Virus record (IMG/VR): IMGVR_UViG_3300032245_000303
From: an uncultured virus (IMG/VR IMGVR_UViG_3300032245_000303)
Lineage: Duplodnaviria; Heunggongvirae; Uroviricota; Caudoviricetes
Length of the DNA: 64,000 nt
Direction: 5' to 3' (one strand)
Below the pieces are notes generated by a model. That model searched no databases. It was given only the letters and a program-made list of their open reading frames with translations, and was not told the DNA's origin. Shown here piece after piece: positions 50,859 to 60,208 of the stretch. The position numbers and the translations under genes are program-made. Each line of letters begins with the position of its first letter. Positions within the stretch are counted from its first letter, which is position 1.

Positions 50859-51812
50859 CTATCCCCTCTCTAACCAAAATGTTTTGTCATCAATCTTTTG
50901 CCCGATACGTGCAACGTACTGTTCATCTTGTAATATGTTAAGGACTGATACGCCGTTGAGTATTTCTTCAGGTAGCGTATCCATAGAATAGGTAGTCGGC
51001 GGACTAACAAATTTTGGTATGCTAGTGCTACTCATCACATCTACTGTTTCCTGTACATCAACATATGTTTCATCACCTACTTGACGGAAGCGTACAAATA
51101 GTGCATTTATTTTACGGGCATCTTCTTCCTTAACTTTTTGTAGCGTCTCTACCATTTTACTTGCAACATCAATAAACGCTTGTGTTTTAAATTTAGTTCC
51201 CATGGTTATTAGATGTATCATCTCTTGTTCTATGGTCGCTTGGTTTGCATAAGTGATACCCCGTAATAAGTTGTTAAGGTCACTACGTGCAGTCTTACTA
51301 TTGTTATATATCTTATACGCTACATCACTAAAGTATTCTGACGCAAGTTCTCTATCTGTGTAGGGTACAACATACTTACTTATAATTTTAAATGCTTTGT
51401 CCATGTTAGATGTCATGAGCATATTATATTCAGTACGTCCATCACTATACTTAGCATTAGTTATCTTGCGACTGTACACTCCATAAGTTTCTGTTGGGTG
51501 TGCTTTATGCGATACAGTATAATCCTTGTACCCTACGCGTCCGAGTTCAAATGCACAATCGTCTGTGTATAAGAAAAATTCCCTTACTGTATGTACCGAA
51601 CCATTAGTGTGTATAGCTTTGGGGTGTATCTTTAGTGTTGGCATATACTGTAATATCTTATCCATTAAAGGTTTAAGTGGTTGTTCAACAGGATAGTCTT
51701 GCACCCATGTTTGCCAATTATTATCCTTAGCATGTTGTATTGCTCTTACTAATCCATCTTTATTACCTTGATGTTCTAATACTTCTTTCATTTTCTGAGC
51801 CGTCATTTCCAT
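50859..51812 (-). CDS. Hypothetical early protein
   Basis: Long ORF with AAGGAG RBS. Confidence 0.55.
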   Translation of the reverse strand: MEMTAQKMKEVLEHQGNKDGLVRAIQHAKDNNWQTWVQDYPVEQPLKPLMDKILQYMPTLKIHPKAIHTNGSVHTVREFFLYTDDCAFELGRVGYKDYTVSHKAHPTETYGVYSRKITNAKYSDGRTEYNMLMTSNMDKAFKIISKYVVPYTDRELASEYFSDVAYKIYNNSKTARSDLNNLLRGITYANQATIEQEMIHLITMGTKFKTQAFIDVASKMVETLQKVKEEDARKINALFVRFRQVGDETYVDVQETVDVMSSTSIPKFVSPPTTYSMDTLPEEILNGVSVLNILQDEQYVARIGQKIDDKTFWLERG

Positions 51813-51818
51813 TCTCCT

Positions 51819-52790
51819 TTATTTATAATCAACATCATACATATTGCCAACCTTACGCATCATCTCTATAAACTTTTGGCGTGATTTATCTCCTACTTGA
51901 TAGTGCCTACCCGTTCCAATAGACTCAGTTGCATAAGCAATACATACTGCGAGTGCCATTTTCTTTGGGTGTTCCTCATCATTAAGTATGTCCAATACTT
52001 CTTTAGAGTTAGTTGATTGATGCCAATACCATATACTAGTCTTGCCATTTGTCATCAAGTCTGAATAAACATCTAGTCCTTCATGTGTTAGACTGTCACC
52101 CAACACAGGCAACATGACGTTTGTCCATTCCCAAAACTTTAATATCTTGTCTTGATATTGATATGCAAGTTCACCCTTACGTTTAGTGGGTACAGGCAAT
52201 AAGTTATTAACACGTGTAAAATTATTTCCTTCACGTTTAAATATAATCTTATGGTCTTGTAATATCTCTATACTTCCACTCGAACCCCACTTCACATTAC
52301 TAACCATTTTCGGCAATGCATAATCTTTGTCCTCATAGTTAATAAAATGTTTGCCTGTGTTATACCAAAATGTTATTCCGACAGGCAAGTACCATGCTAG
52401 AAATTCAAACCTTGTATATGATGTTTGAAATTTATGATAGTGATTGCGTATTGTTAAATACTCACCATCGGCTCTACGTTCCCATAGGATAGGGCATGTT
52501 TGTTTTAATTCTTCTTTACCACCCCACCACCATTCATGTCCGTCACATAAGCCATAAGTATTATCATCAAACTTATATACACGTTCCCACCATTTCCAAC
52601 GACTATTGAGTGGTCGTCTGTCCTGCATACGTAAGCCTGTATCTTTAGTTCTTACAGGCGTAATGCTTTCATATGCCTTTACTACTTCATCAAACGTAGA
52701 CATACCACGATGAATTGATTTACCATATTCAGATGTTTTAAATTTATTTATTCTACCTATTTGTGCTACCTTAACTTCTATTGCACCCAT
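51819..52790 (-). CDS. Hypothetical early protein
   Basis: Long W-rich ORF with AAGGA RBS. Confidence 0.55.
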   Translation of the reverse strand: MGAIEVKVAQIGRINKFKTSEYGKSIHRGMSTFDEVVKAYESITPVRTKDTGLRMQDRRPLNSRWKWWERVYKFDDNTYGLCDGHEWWWGGKEELKQTCPILWERRADGEYLTIRNHYHKFQTSYTRFEFLAWYLPVGITFWYNTGKHFINYEDKDYALPKMVSNVKWGSSGSIEILQDHKIIFKREGNNFTRVNNLLPVPTKRKGELAYQYQDKILKFWEWTNVMLPVLGDSLTHEGLDVYSDLMTNGKTSIWYWHQSTNSKEVLDILNDEEHPKKMALAVCIAYATESIGTGRHYQVGDKSRQKFIEMMRKVGNMYDVDYK

Positions 52791-52829
52791 TTTAGTTTCC
52801 TTAGTTATGTTAGTCTGCCGACTAACGTG

Positions 52830-54020
52830 TTAATCAATATGTACTGCCACACCCACATTAGGTGTCGCACGTTTATTACCTTGTATGCACCATATTAATG
52901 GTACACTCCATGCACCCCATGAGTTGCCCAAGTGTCCGTCTGTCAATACCACTACACATTCGGGTTTGATGCCATGCTCATTCATATAGCTTGGTACACA
53001 CTCGACCATAGTTCCACCACCACCTTTCGGCTTAGTAGCTTTAGGTAAGTTGTCTAACTCATCTTGGTTATATACTTCGTGACCACATACTTCGGTATCC
53101 CAATAAAGTACACGTACCTTACTTGGCTTGACACTATCACATATACCCTTGACTTCTGAAAGAAATGCACGTAGTTCTCTCTCGCCGATTGAACCCGACG
53201 TGTCGATTGCTACGACTATCTCACCGATTGACTCACTGATACTACTTGGCATTAACATGTTATAACCTATGTATCGTCGATTAGGTTTGCGCCATGTCGA
53301 ATAGTCTTTGCCTGCACACGTGGTAGATACAAAGTCTCGTAAGAGTTCGCGCCAATCTTTCTTAGGCTCGAGTAAATCTTTTAAGTCACGTAGTCCACCC
53401 GTACCCATCTTGCCTGCCATGATTGCACCTTGACGTACTGCTTCATCAATCTCACGTGCTAGGGCTTCGGCTTCATCACTCGATAGTTCTTTAGCACCTG
53501 CCCAATCATGTTCATCGAAACCTTGCCCATCACCTTGCTTACCTTGACCTTGCCCTTGACCATCATCACCACTATCCTCTAGTAGTTTAAATACTTGGTC
53601 TGTGTTCATGTTGGTGTACTTACTATCCATGAGTCCACCTTGTGGCATCTTAATCCACTGACTCTTGTATGCGTCTGTGTCTGCAAGTTTAAGGTTAATC
53701 ACATAGTCACATGCTTGGTTAGTTCGCATAGAGTCTATCTGATTAAGATGTTGCCATGTACTAAGATGTCGGTACATCTTGTGATAGCACTCATGTAGCA
53801 TAACAAATCTGAATTCGGCATCACTTAACTTATCTACAAATGCTCTGCCATACATTTCATCTTTGCCATTAGTACATGCAGTAGGTACATCATCTACCAC
53901 CTTCTTACTACCAATCATCAATACACCTGCGAGTGCTACAAATTCATCTCGACCAATGATGTCGGTCGTTGCTTTATACAAGCGTTGTTCTGCCGTTAAA
54001 GTTTTACCTATGTTTAACAT
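52830..54020 (-). CDS. Metallopeptidase-VWA protein (DUF2201-like)
   Basis: PTACTNG, LHECYH (HExxH), N.ACDYVIN; VWA MIDAS motif IDTSGS, GGGGT, VLTDG. Confidence 0.85.
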   Translation of the reverse strand: MLNIGKTLTAEQRLYKATTDIIGRDEFVALAGVLMIGSKKVVDDVPTACTNGKDEMYGRAFVDKLSDAEFRFVMLHECYHKMYRHLSTWQHLNQIDSMRTNQACDYVINLKLADTDAYKSQWIKMPQGGLMDSKYTNMNTDQVFKLLEDSGDDGQGQGQGKQGDGQGFDEHDWAGAKELSSDEAEALAREIDEAVRQGAIMAGKMGTGGLRDLKDLLEPKKDWRELLRDFVSTTCAGKDYSTWRKPNRRYIGYNMLMPSSISESIGEIVVAIDTSGSIGERELRAFLSEVKGICDSVKPSKVRVLYWDTEVCGHEVYNQDELDNLPKATKPKGGGGTMVECVPSYMNEHGIKPECVVVLTDGHLGNSWGAWSVPLIWCIQGNKRATPNVGVAVHID

Positions 54021-54054
54021 ATCATTCTCCTAGTTGTTAGTCGGTCGACTAACA

Positions 54055-55167
54055 TTATTTTTTATCGGCACTAAACATAAAGTTATTAGCAATACACCAT
54101 TCGGTAAACTTCTTATTACTCATGACGATTGCTTGTTTCTGATACTTAGGGTTTCTCACTTGCATAGCAAACAAGGCTTGTGCTTCTTTATCAAGTCTGT
54201 TTAGATATACCATAAACGAGTCAATGAAGTCTTTGTTCATAGTTGCCAATGCTCGATACACAATCATGACGATTGCTGATGATGACTCTGGAACTTTAGC
54301 TTCGAGTGGTTTCGTCTTAATATCTTCCTGTGTTGGAAGTTGGTCAACCAATTCGATATATGCATCTAGGTCTGCGCCACCACGTGCGCCAATAGTACCA
54401 ATCAAGTTGGACTTCAAGGCATTGTGACTTAACTTATCCTTAGCCCATAACCAATGAGACGCTAACTCGGCTGAACGTGGCGTAAAGAACGCAGGACGTT
54501 GAGCCTGTGGGTGATAGATATACGGATTACCACCTACTTCGTCGTCGGGTTTATCGACTTCCTCATACGATTGAAATAGTTGTTCACCATTTTCTTTGAC
54601 CCACATAATAAGTGATGGGTGTATTCCTGCATTGAACGCATAATTTTCTATCCATTCAGTTGCAGTTGGTTTCTTCATACGTATAACTGTGATACGATTT
54701 CTATGGTGGGGCATAAGTAAGTCACCAACACCTTCTGTGCCAAGATTAGTCGTTGCAAATACGATAGACTCGGGGTGCAATTTCTTATTCCCCATTGTTC
54801 TCTCTAACATAATTCGCATCATGCCATTCTTAACTGATGGGTTCGCTTTACCAAACTCGTCAATCATTAAGATGATGGGCTTATCATGGTGCATACCCAT
54901 TTCTTCGTTCGGTACAAACTTTACAAAGTCTTGAGTGTCATCACTTACTATTTTCGGCAACATCAAATCACCTAAATCTTTAGTGGTACAATCAAAATAA
55001 CATGGGATATGGTCGGGCAATTTACTTGCCAATATCTTAAGGATTGATGACTTGCCTGTACCCATATGACCTTGTACCAATGTTGTCACCTTGTGTCCTG
55101 TTGCTAAGATACTGTCTGCACACTCGTCGATAGATTGTGCGAATAAACTTTCTGCTGATTGTTTCAT
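54055..55167 (-). CDS. AAA+ ATPase (MoxR-like)
   Basis: Walker A GHMGTGKS, Walker B LMIDE, ATTN, NR, TPRS. Start set at MKQSAE (GGAG RBS). Confidence 0.85.
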   Translation of the reverse strand: MKQSAESLFAQSIDECADSILATGHKVTTLVQGHMGTGKSSILKILASKLPDHIPCYFDCTTKDLGDLMLPKIVSDDTQDFVKFVPNEEMGMHHDKPIILMIDEFGKANPSVKNGMMRIMLERTMGNKKLHPESIVFATTNLGTEGVGDLLMPHHRNRITVIRMKKPTATEWIENYAFNAGIHPSLIMWVKENGEQLFQSYEEVDKPDDEVGGNPYIYHPQAQRPAFFTPRSAELASHWLWAKDKLSHNALKSNLIGTIGARGGADLDAYIELVDQLPTQEDIKTKPLEAKVPESSSAIVMIVYRALATMNKDFIDSFMVYLNRLDKEAQALFAMQVRNPKYQKQAIVMSNKKFTEWCIANNFMFSADKK

Positions 55168-55213
55168 GTATGTCTCCATTTTAAAATTAAGTTAGTCGTC
55201 GGACTAACACGTA

Positions 55214-56104
55214 CTACCATGCAAACTCTTTTAATAACTCATCAACCTTGCGCTTTGTGTCATGACGTAAATAGTCATCATCACGTAGTGCGTCGGGTGT
55301 AATACCTTTTAATGCGTCAGTAATTTTTAACTTAGCTTTACGCATAGCGTCATCATTCGTCACATTAAACTTGTCGAGTAATTCGACGATGCCAGTCACA
55401 TTTGTGACAAGTGTATCTCTGAATATCTGCTTGTTATCGCCTGCTAACTTCTCACTCATAGATTTCAGTGCGTCATAAGTTCTCTGCCATACATCTTTAT
55501 AAGCGTTATGCAGTTGTTCCTCATAGTAGTTGGCATAACTCTCGTTAAGTTGTTTGAGTGCGTCCTGTCCCACATCAACCCTAAAGTCCCCCACTTCGGG
55601 TACAGGGCTATACTTCAATCTAAATGCAAACTTCGCTGAGACTTCAGATATATCGGGATAGTCCTCGGGATTAAACAAGTTGCCTAGTTTCCCATGCGCA
55701 CGTGCAATCATGTTGTCGTAGTCATTGATAAACTCTGTCACTAGCCGATTGAATTCGGCGTCGGCTTCAGTCATCTTTTTGTTATACTCAAAGAATAAGG
55801 GAGTTGTAAGTAAACGTAAGCCACTGTCTGACCATGGCATAGTTTGGTAATAGTGTGCAGTTCTAGCTGAGCCTGCAAACTTATTGATAGCTTCAAACTT
55901 AGGTTCGTCGGCAAATAACTTCTTATGATAATTGCCTGCCCTTGTCGTTGTATGCTTTTGAGTGTCAATCTCTTGTGATACGCTTTTATCAAACTTGCGT
56001 CCTGTCCACAAAGATATGTTTAGTTCTACTAACATAGCTGATGATGCTATGCTTGGTGCATTGTTAGTCGGCTGACTAACAGTCGTTGATGTTTCCATTT
56101 CCAT
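55214..56104 (-). CDS. DUF3150-like protein
   Basis: SSAMLVELNISLWTGRK, TMPWSDSGLRLL, LFNPEDYP; usual neighbour of phage AAA/VWA pairs. Confidence 0.55.
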   Translation of the reverse strand: MEMETSTTVSQPTNNAPSIASSAMLVELNISLWTGRKFDKSVSQEIDTQKHTTTRAGNYHKKLFADEPKFEAINKFAGSARTAHYYQTMPWSDSGLRLLTTPLFFEYNKKMTEADAEFNRLVTEFINDYDNMIARAHGKLGNLFNPEDYPDISEVSAKFAFRLKYSPVPEVGDFRVDVGQDALKQLNESYANYYEEQLHNAYKDVWQRTYDALKSMSEKLAGDNKQIFRDTLVTNVTGIVELLDKFNVTNDDAMRKAKLKITDALKGITPDALRDDDYLRHDTKRKVDELLKEFAW

Positions 56105-56145
56105 TCTCCTTAGTTGATTTAATAAACTTTACCACCATATGATAC

Positions 56146-56174
56146 AGTATAACACACTTTAACATCTTAGTCAA
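56146..56174 (-). promoter_or_regulatory. Sigma70-type early promoter
   Basis: TTGACT-17 bp-TATACT on the - strand. Confidence 0.8.
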
Positions 56175-56327
56175 TGTTAGTGGGTGGGTCTACGAATACC
56201 ATAAACTTTACGCCGTGACTTCGTGATGATGTCGTTCGCGTCTAACACGTTCTGCATAATGACTTCATCTTTAGTCCATGCGAGTATCACATATTCCTTT
56301 CGGTTAATTCTTTTTGTGAGTCGCATA

Positions 56328-56618
56328 TCAATCCTCACACGTGCCACTACTGCACATTTTAGCCTCGAGTATTTCACGTTCTAGTTCCTCGACTGCTATA
56401 TGGTTGATGAGTGTATGCTGATATTCCTTAACGTCTTTGTATATATCACCTTCTAAAACATTGACGTTTATCAACATTCCTCGGTCTTGCACGTGGTCTT
56501 TAATGACTGACTCTATATAGGTCTCGGGTGTAATTTCGCTACCTAGCGAACCAATCATTCTTAACTTGTCCTCGTCCAATGTCACTTGGGCTACGATACT
56601 AAACTTAATTGTTTTCAT
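56328..56618 (-). CDS. Hypothetical early protein
   Basis: ORF with RBS in the packed early cluster. Confidence 0.5.
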   Translation of the reverse strand: MKTIKFSIVAQVTLDEDKLRMIGSLGSEITPETYIESVIKDHVQDRGMLINVNVLEGDIYKDVKEYQHTLINHIAVEELEREILEAKMCSSGTCED

Positions 56619-56844
56619 TTTCTATCCCTTCCATATAGTCTATAAAATCATCTCTATCCATATACGCTTTCAATACTGCTTTTATATGTGTAGCCATGGC
56701 TTGTCTATGTTCAACATCTTCACACTCGGGGTCTTTTAAAAACTCCAAGATAAGTTCATAGTATTCCTGCAAGTCTGTTATTACTATGTCGTTTATTTCA
56801 CTCTCATCTAGTTCATACCTAATATCAATGGTTTGATTACTCAT
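56605..56844 (-). CDS. Acidic hypothetical early protein
   Basis: D/E-rich, 79 aa. Confidence 0.5.
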   Translation of the reverse strand: MSNQTIDIRYELDESEINDIVITDLQEYYELILEFLKDPECEDVEHRQAMATHIKAVLKAYMDRDDFIDYMEGIENENN

Positions 56845-57020
56845 TTGTCATCTTCCTTTATTTCACGTACTCGACCATAGCCACGTTTTTTACTTTCGTG
56901 CATTTCGTCAAGCATTTCTTGATAACGTCTTTTGGTTTCTCGGTTAATCTTATCTCGCATTAACGTCGCACCACAAAAGAACCCACATACAAACCATACT
57001 AAAAAATGTATATATTCCAT
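56841..57020 (-). CDS. Small membrane-anchored protein, 59 aa (not in ORF track)
   Basis: Manual translation MEYIHFLVWFVCGFFCGATLMRDK...EDDK*; AAGGA RBS; ATGA overlap. Confidence 0.6.
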   Translation of the reverse strand: MEYIHFLVWFVCGFFCGATLMRDKINRETKRRYQEMLDEMHESKKRGYGRVREIKEDDK

Positions 57021-57021
57021 A

Positions 57022-57243
57022 CTATCCTTTCAAACTCATGATTGAAAAAATTAACACCATTGCTACTACATACGGCAAAACATAACATACAAAATCTTTT
57101 GCCACTTCCTTTACGCGTTCAATTCGGCATCGTCTTACATGCCGATTGTGTTCTGACATAGCTACGTGCCTGTCATAATTATATGCACGTTGTTTTGTTT
57201 CAGTTGTTAGTCTGTCGACTAACTTTTTATTTAGTGTTTCCAT
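57022..57243 (-). CDS. Small protein with C-terminal TM segment
   Basis: AAGGGGG RBS; hydrophobic C-terminus. Confidence 0.5.
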   Translation of the reverse strand: METLNKKLVDRLTTETKQRAYNYDRHVAMSEHNRHVRRCRIERVKEVAKDFVCYVLPYVVAMVLIFSIMSLKG

Positions 57244-57392
57244 ACTTTAGTCCCCCTTAAAATAATATCGATTGCTAAAAGTTTTGTTTCATTATCTACA
57301 TCTACTTCTTGTTTCAATTTCTTTTTAAGTTTCATTAACGTGTTAATAGGTAAGTCCCGATACTGCACGATATAGCTCTGAATTAAACTCAT
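57231..57392 (-). CDS. Hypothetical protein, 53 aa (not in ORF track)
   Basis: Manual translation MSLIQSYIVQYRDLP...RGTKVWKH*; AGGAG RBS. Confidence 0.55.
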   Translation of the reverse strand: MSLIQSYIVQYRDLPINTLMKLKKKLKQEVDVDNETKLLAIDIILRGTKVWKH

Positions 57393-57592
57393 TTTGTTTC
57401 TCCTATTCTTTTACCATTAACTTCAATGTCATCATAGTTTTCACCTGTCACTACAATGTCATCACCAAAATACTTCTTAAAGATAGGTTCGATTTCACCT
57501 ACTGATATTATCTCGTAGGCTTCTTCTTCCGTCTCGGCTTCAACATCAAACATTTCCCGTGACTGCATTATTATTCTGTATCGCTTTGTCAT
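57389..57592 (-). CDS. Hypothetical early protein
   Basis: FDVEAETEEEAYE motif, common in small phage early proteins. Confidence 0.55.
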   Translation of the reverse strand: MTKRYRIIMQSREMFDVEAETEEEAYEIISVGEIEPIFKKYFGDDIVVTGENYDDIEVNGKRIGETK

Positions 57593-57792
57593 TTTACTAA
57601 ACCCCCCTTGTTATTCAAACCTTTCAAATCGTCCATGTTTGTGATGAGCATGTAATTACTCTTGTGCATAGGTGCTATGGTGTGCTTTACTCGTCGTGCT
57701 ATTTCCTCACCACATTGTAGGCATACGGCATAACCTAACCTTGCACGTGCTTGGTGTATCTGATTACCACAATCTTTACAGTGATGCTTCAT
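57589..57792 (-). CDS. DksA/TraR-like C4 zinc-finger protein
   Basis: CKDCGNQIHQARARLGYAVCLQC. Confidence 0.55.
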   Translation of the reverse strand: MKHHCKDCGNQIHQARARLGYAVCLQCGEEIARRVKHTIAPMHKSNYMLITNMDDLKGLNNKGGLVK

Positions 57793-57826
57793 AATATTCT
57801 CCTTAAAATGTTAGTCGGCTGACTAA

Positions 57827-58258
57827 CTACCATGCACTTAATCGGTGCGCTAGTTTTGAGTTGGCTATGTTATGTATGGCTCGGTTAATTTCTTCCTCAG
57901 TCATACGCATTGATGAGTTGTTCTCGGGTTGTACTACGACACCGACTATGCCATAACGAGCTAGTCGTTTCATCTGTTCTGTATCCATAGGTATCGTGGG
58001 GCTACTTGGGCGTGTGTGACTCTGTTGTCTTGTGGTGCTTCGTGAATACTTATCGGTGTTCTCGTACCATGTGGGTGTGCCACCTTCAAACCATTCAGCT
58101 ACATACATGGGGAAGTGGTAGCCATATGAATAGACTACGTATAAATAAGTGGGGCGTGTTTCAGTTGGTGCGTTAGTTTCGGCAAAGGTATTGCTACCTT
58201 TGAAATCTGTTAGTCCGTTGACTAACACTCTTGCGTTCTTGTTTGATGTTGCTTTCAT
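57827..58258 (-). CDS. Hypothetical early protein
   Basis: YVVYSYGYHFP...KYSRSTTRQQS motif; GGAG RBS. Confidence 0.55.
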   Translation of the reverse strand: MKATSNKNARVLVNGLTDFKGSNTFAETNAPTETRPTYLYVVYSYGYHFPMYVAEWFEGGTPTWYENTDKYSRSTTRQQSHTRPSSPTIPMDTEQMKRLARYGIVGVVVQPENNSSMRMTEEEINRAIHNIANSKLAHRLSAW

Positions 58259-58399
58259 AATGTGTCTCCGTAAAAGTTATACAAAAGTAAAACATATTGT
58301 TCGTGAGCCTGATGAGCCTGTCATTAACATACAACGTATTAACATGTTATGACATAGTTAGTCGGTGGACTAACAGCAATACCTCGACCACTTAATAAT

Positions 58400-58428
58400 A
58401 GTATAACACGTATGTCGGTCTTAGTCAA
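58400..58428 (-). promoter_or_regulatory. Sigma70-type early promoter
   Basis: TTGACT-17 bp-TATACT on the - strand. Confidence 0.8.
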
Positions 58429-58459
58429 GTAAAGTGATATCAAAGTCTAGTAATTCGTT

Positions 58460-58745
58460 AGTTATATTATTAATATATATTATATTATATTATAAAGTAT
58501 TTGAACCTATTGAACCTTATTTGTTCTTTAATGCCCCTTGGTACGACTGCTTTGTACCTTTGTTCCTTTTGAACCCTGCTTTTTAGTGTGTCGGGCAAAA
58601 ATGGATTTAAGTTAAGAAATATTGAAAAGGTAAGGTCTGTTTGGCGAAACACTCAAAAACATGGGTTCAATAGGTTCAATACGAACAAAACTTAATAATC
58701 AATGACTTACGGGGTTCAATACAAGGTTCAATTGGGTTCAATACA
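58460..58745. repeat. Candidate replication origin: AT-rich tract plus opposed TTGAACC/GGTTCAA repeats
   Basis: A pure A/T run near 58462-58496. TTGAACC at 58501, 58510 and 58569; GGTTCAA at 58664, 58673, 58713, 58725 and 58735. IHF-like AATCAA-N4-TTA at 58697. Confidence 0.55.
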
Positions 58746-58760
58746 AAGTTAAAATAAGTC

Positions 58761-58789
58761 TTGCACATGAACAAAAAAAGTGATATGCT
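58761..58789 (+). promoter_or_regulatory. Sigma70-type promoter for the cell-wall hydrolase gene
   Basis: TTGCAC-17 bp-TATGCT. Confidence 0.55.
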
Positions 58790-58895
58790 GTGAAGCATAT
58801 CAGTTAGACAAGGCAACAACCCTATGCTTTACGCTTTATAAAGTCACTGGTATACATTGTTAGTCCACTGACTAACATATTAATAGGAGAACTAT

Positions 58896-59270
58896 ATGGT
58901 GAACTTATTACCACAAGTTGCTTGTATGGCTATCGCTTTAATTGGTGAAACATACGGGGCTAACAATATCGAACTCACTCATGGTGTAGGTTATGTCATT
59001 ATGAACCGAGCCAATCAAGATGTTAATAGGATATGTTCCGTGACCGAAGCACCTTATCAGTTTGATGGTGTTAGAAAAGTATTACAAGGTAAGATGTATA
59101 TAGATGAAAAGACTTTGTTATCTTATGAGTTAATATCTTTACAGATAATGAACAAGCAAGTCACTAATCCAGTTGGCAATGCTACACATTTTCATGATGA
59201 CCGAGTAAAACCTTTTTGGTCTGTAGGTAGAAAAAAAATAATACGTATTGATAACATGACATTCTACTGA
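58896..59270 (+). CDS. SleB-like cell wall hydrolase (Hydrolase_2)
   Basis: CMAIALIGE...VGYVIMNR...ICSV...YQF...GNATHFH...KPFW...IDNMTFY. Confidence 0.8.
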   Translation: MVNLLPQVACMAIALIGETYGANNIELTHGVGYVIMNRANQDVNRICSVTEAPYQFDGVRKVLQGKMYIDEKTLLSYELISLQIMNKQVTNPVGNATHFHDDRVKPFWSVGRKKIIRIDNMTFY

Positions 59271-59377
59271 GCCGAAACTAATTTACCCTGTGCTACACGC
59301 GTTAAATAGTCACTGGTATCTTTTCGCATAGCGAAATATTCAGTAAGATATTAATGTTAGTCTTGCGACTAACAGGC

Positions 59378-59405
59378 AAAAAAAAGCCACCAATTAAGGT
59401 GGCTT
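59378..59405 (-). terminator. Rho-independent terminator
   Basis: GCCACC-N6-GGTGGC hairpin plus eight U on the - strand. Confidence 0.8.
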
Positions 59406-59411
59406 AAGATA

Positions 59412-59621
59412 TTAATATTTAGCTGGGTTATTTTTAAGTTCATAATCATTCTCACAATTTAATTCAAATTCCAAATCTATCGTGTGAGTTAAAACTATAT
59501 GTCTGAGTTCCTCTAAAAATTCCAATTTATCGAAAGTAGAAAATTTAAAAAAATCTAATTCCATTAAATCAGCTTCAAGTTTAATTTTGTATTCATTCAA
59601 TAAAACTTTATCGTGAGTCAT
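59412..59621 (-). CDS. Hypothetical early protein
   Basis: AGGA RBS; flanked by terminators and palindromes; very AT-rich. Confidence 0.5.
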   Translation of the reverse strand: MTHDKVLLNEYKIKLEADLMELDFFKFSTFDKLEFLEELRHIVLTHTIDLEFELNCENDYELKNNPAKY

Positions 59622-59660
59622 AATTTAGTTTCCTATAAAAATGTTAGTCATAAGACTAAC

Positions 59661-59694
59661 AAAAAAAAGAAGGGTTAGCTTTCACTAACCCTTC
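59661..59694 (-). terminator. Rho-independent terminator
   Basis: GAAGGGTTAG-N6-CTAACCCTTC hairpin plus eight U on the - strand. Confidence 0.85.
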
Positions 59695-59701
59695 AACCTG
59701 T

Positions 59702-60208
59702 TTACTTAACCATTGCTTTCGCACTAGCTACGATTTTCTTGAAACCTGCTATATCAAAATTAGGTTCCTCAATCTTTTCTGCTACTTCTATCGCGTCATT
59801 GAGTGAGTCAATGATACGTTCTACTGCACTACGTGTGACGCGTGGCGCCGTTGATTTTGGCGTTTCAAAATCTATCAAAGCGCGTTTTACTTTTCCATAA
59901 TAAGAGCCGACTTGCATTTGCGCGTAGCGCTTTTCGGTCTTATCGCTTTCGCTAAGCGTCTTAGTATCCTTAGCTAACAATGACTGCCATGTCACAGGCA
60001 ACCCTTTTATAATTGCTTGAGTGATACCAAATTGCAACGTGGCGTTTGGGTTCGCGTCAGTCTTTTTGCTAGGCTTATCTAACATTGATGACTTCACACC
60101 ATCTGCGACTAGTAAATCAGTCATCTTTTTAGTTTTACCTTTTACATCTTGAGTAGCACTAACAACGTTAGTGATTGATACTTGAGTTAGTTCTTTTAAT
60201 GTAGCCAT
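59702..60208 (-). CDS. First gene of the early arm, basic hypothetical protein
   Basis: AGGA RBS, TATAAT upstream at 60269-60274 (- strand), and its own terminator. Confidence 0.6.
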   Translation of the reverse strand: MATLKELTQVSITNVVSATQDVKGKTKKMTDLLVADGVKSSMLDKPSKKTDANPNATLQFGITQAIIKGLPVTWQSLLAKDTKTLSESDKTEKRYAQMQVGSYYGKVKRALIDFETPKSTAPRVTRSAVERIIDSLNDAIEVAEKIEEPNFDIAGFKKIVASAKAMVK

